NCBI GenBank assembly: GCA_002104905.1
Contig: MCFE01000196.1
Span: 70,451 to 134,450 of the forward strand
DNA length: 64,000 bases
Origin: Basidiobolus meristosporus CBS 931.73
Lineage: Eukaryota; Fungi; Basidiobolomycota
Direction of reading: 5' to 3'
Shown here one piece after another: positions 62,956 through 64,000 of the stretch. Under the pieces are notes generated by a model, which was not told the origin of the DNA, searched no databases, and worked only from the letters and a program-made list of their open reading frames with translations. Every line of letters starts with the position of its first letter. Positions within the stretch are counted from its first letter, which is position 1. Position numbers and translations under genes: made by a program.

Positions 62956-63535
62956 ATGTACAAAATGAACCCAGGAAGTCGCTACAAAATGACGCAAATT
63001 ACCCATGCCGATGGTGCCTCACAACATGTCCTCATTGTAGGAGGTGGAGTCTCTGGCCTTAAGAAGTTCCGGATGTAAAGTAACTGTTATAGCGAAACAA
63101 TATGCCCGACCTGGAGCTCATGGTAACGAAATTGTCTCTGAGATAGCTGGTGCATTGTGGGAGTGGACTCCGGCAGTTTGCGACTCTCATGTGAAGGATA
63201 CTGAGGAACAACTTGAAGCCCTTAAAATATGGAGCCAAGTATCATACATCCGATTCAAGGATATAGCTGATAGATATGGCGCCAAAGAGACCGGTATCCG
63301 TAAGCGTAAGTCATACTATCTATTCGATCGCAAGCTTGGACCAGATCCAAAGAGTATGCCAGGGTTTCAACGATAATCTTCCACATCTGGTTGAGTAGTA
63401 CAAGATCAACACGCACTTATTGGAGAAAGGCTACAACATTCTTGATGGGCATGAGCACCTTTCTTTTGTAGTTAATCCCGAAAATTATCTCCACTGGTTG
63501 ACAAGATTGGTCAAACCAGAAAGGATGCCTATTAT
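62956..63535 (+). pseudogene. D-amino-acid oxidase-like FAD oxidoreductase pseudogene
   Basis: HVLIVGGGVSGL (GxGxxG), a frame change, then KVTVIAK...IVSEIAGALWEW.PAVC...SYIRF and DGHEHLSFVVNPENYLHWL. At least two frameshifts or stops, and truncated at the 3' end. Confidence 0.75.
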
Positions 63536-63856
63536 AACTACAATACAGACTGCGCAGTTAATTTAGTTTAATGTATATAAATGCTAGTTTACATGGGGTT
63601 TTGATACTGGCACAATTTTCTGTGATCAGAGATGTAACAAACATGGTGGCTGTATAGGATTTGTTGTTGCCTGGGTTATTTCTAATTTGTCAAGTTAAAC
63701 TAGTCCTAACCAATATTGGAAAATTCAGGCATCCAACTATGCACATACCTGTAGGAATCAAGCCAGTAAGCCTATCAATTTCAACATGCAAAGTAAAGCT
63801 TTTGCTATATCAAAAGATAGAGGTAGGATGATGAAAGTCACCAGGTAGTAAAGTCT

Positions 63857-63925
63857 ATTGTAAGAATTTTGGAGTTATTAGAAGCAATTGGGAGAACAAG
63901 TAGATTATATGGTCTTCACTTAATG
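63857..63925 (-). repeat. Short Copia LTR fragment
   Basis: ttgtaagaattttggagttattagaagcaattgggagaacaagtagatt aligns to the LTR end at 29566. Confidence 0.65.
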
Positions 63926-64000
63926 GAAGCCAACATAAGTCACTTGAATGAAGAAACACCAATGCTTTGGCACAGGAGATTTTGACACATCAATTTTGAT

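Noticed and set aside
55102-63535. A biosynthetic cluster linking the OPT transporter, Cys-rich peptide and DAO
   Set aside because: The genes are kilobases apart, the DAO is broken, and no processing enzyme is visible. Proximity alone is insufficient.

Overview
Eukaryotic (fungal) genomic DNA, most likely from an early-diverging fungus. The window encodes EFL rather than canonical EF-1alpha and has compact genes with short GT-AG introns; Basidiobolus/Entomophthorales- or chytrid-like origin is inferred, not proven. There are three compartments. (1) 1-~35,200 is an AT-rich, strongly CpG-depleted block of nested, decayed transposons: several Ty1/Copia copies (one full-length with TSDs), two Ty3/Gypsy families, solo LTRs, and CACTA- and Harbinger-like relics. 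(2) ~35,200-57,200 is a GC-richer, CpG-normal gene island: DUF1963/YwqG-like gene, hypothetical genes, GID4/VID24, Asterix/PAT10, a small secreted protein, NDUFS5, RPL32, RPT6, EFL and an OPT transporter. (3) ~57,200-64,000 is an AT-rich accessory region with LTR fragments, a 55-aa secreted six-cysteine peptide gene missed by the ORF track, and a frameshifted D-amino-acid-oxidase-like pseudogene. Best leads: the Cys-rich peptide; a Copia-LTR-bounded element whose ~2.6 kb interior is not recognisable gag-pol; a CAA-TAA-CAG-TCA readthrough-type stop at a Gypsy gag/pol junction; and TSD pairs that decayed at CpG in opposite directions. All calls were made by eye without database searches, and coordinates of decayed elements are approximate.
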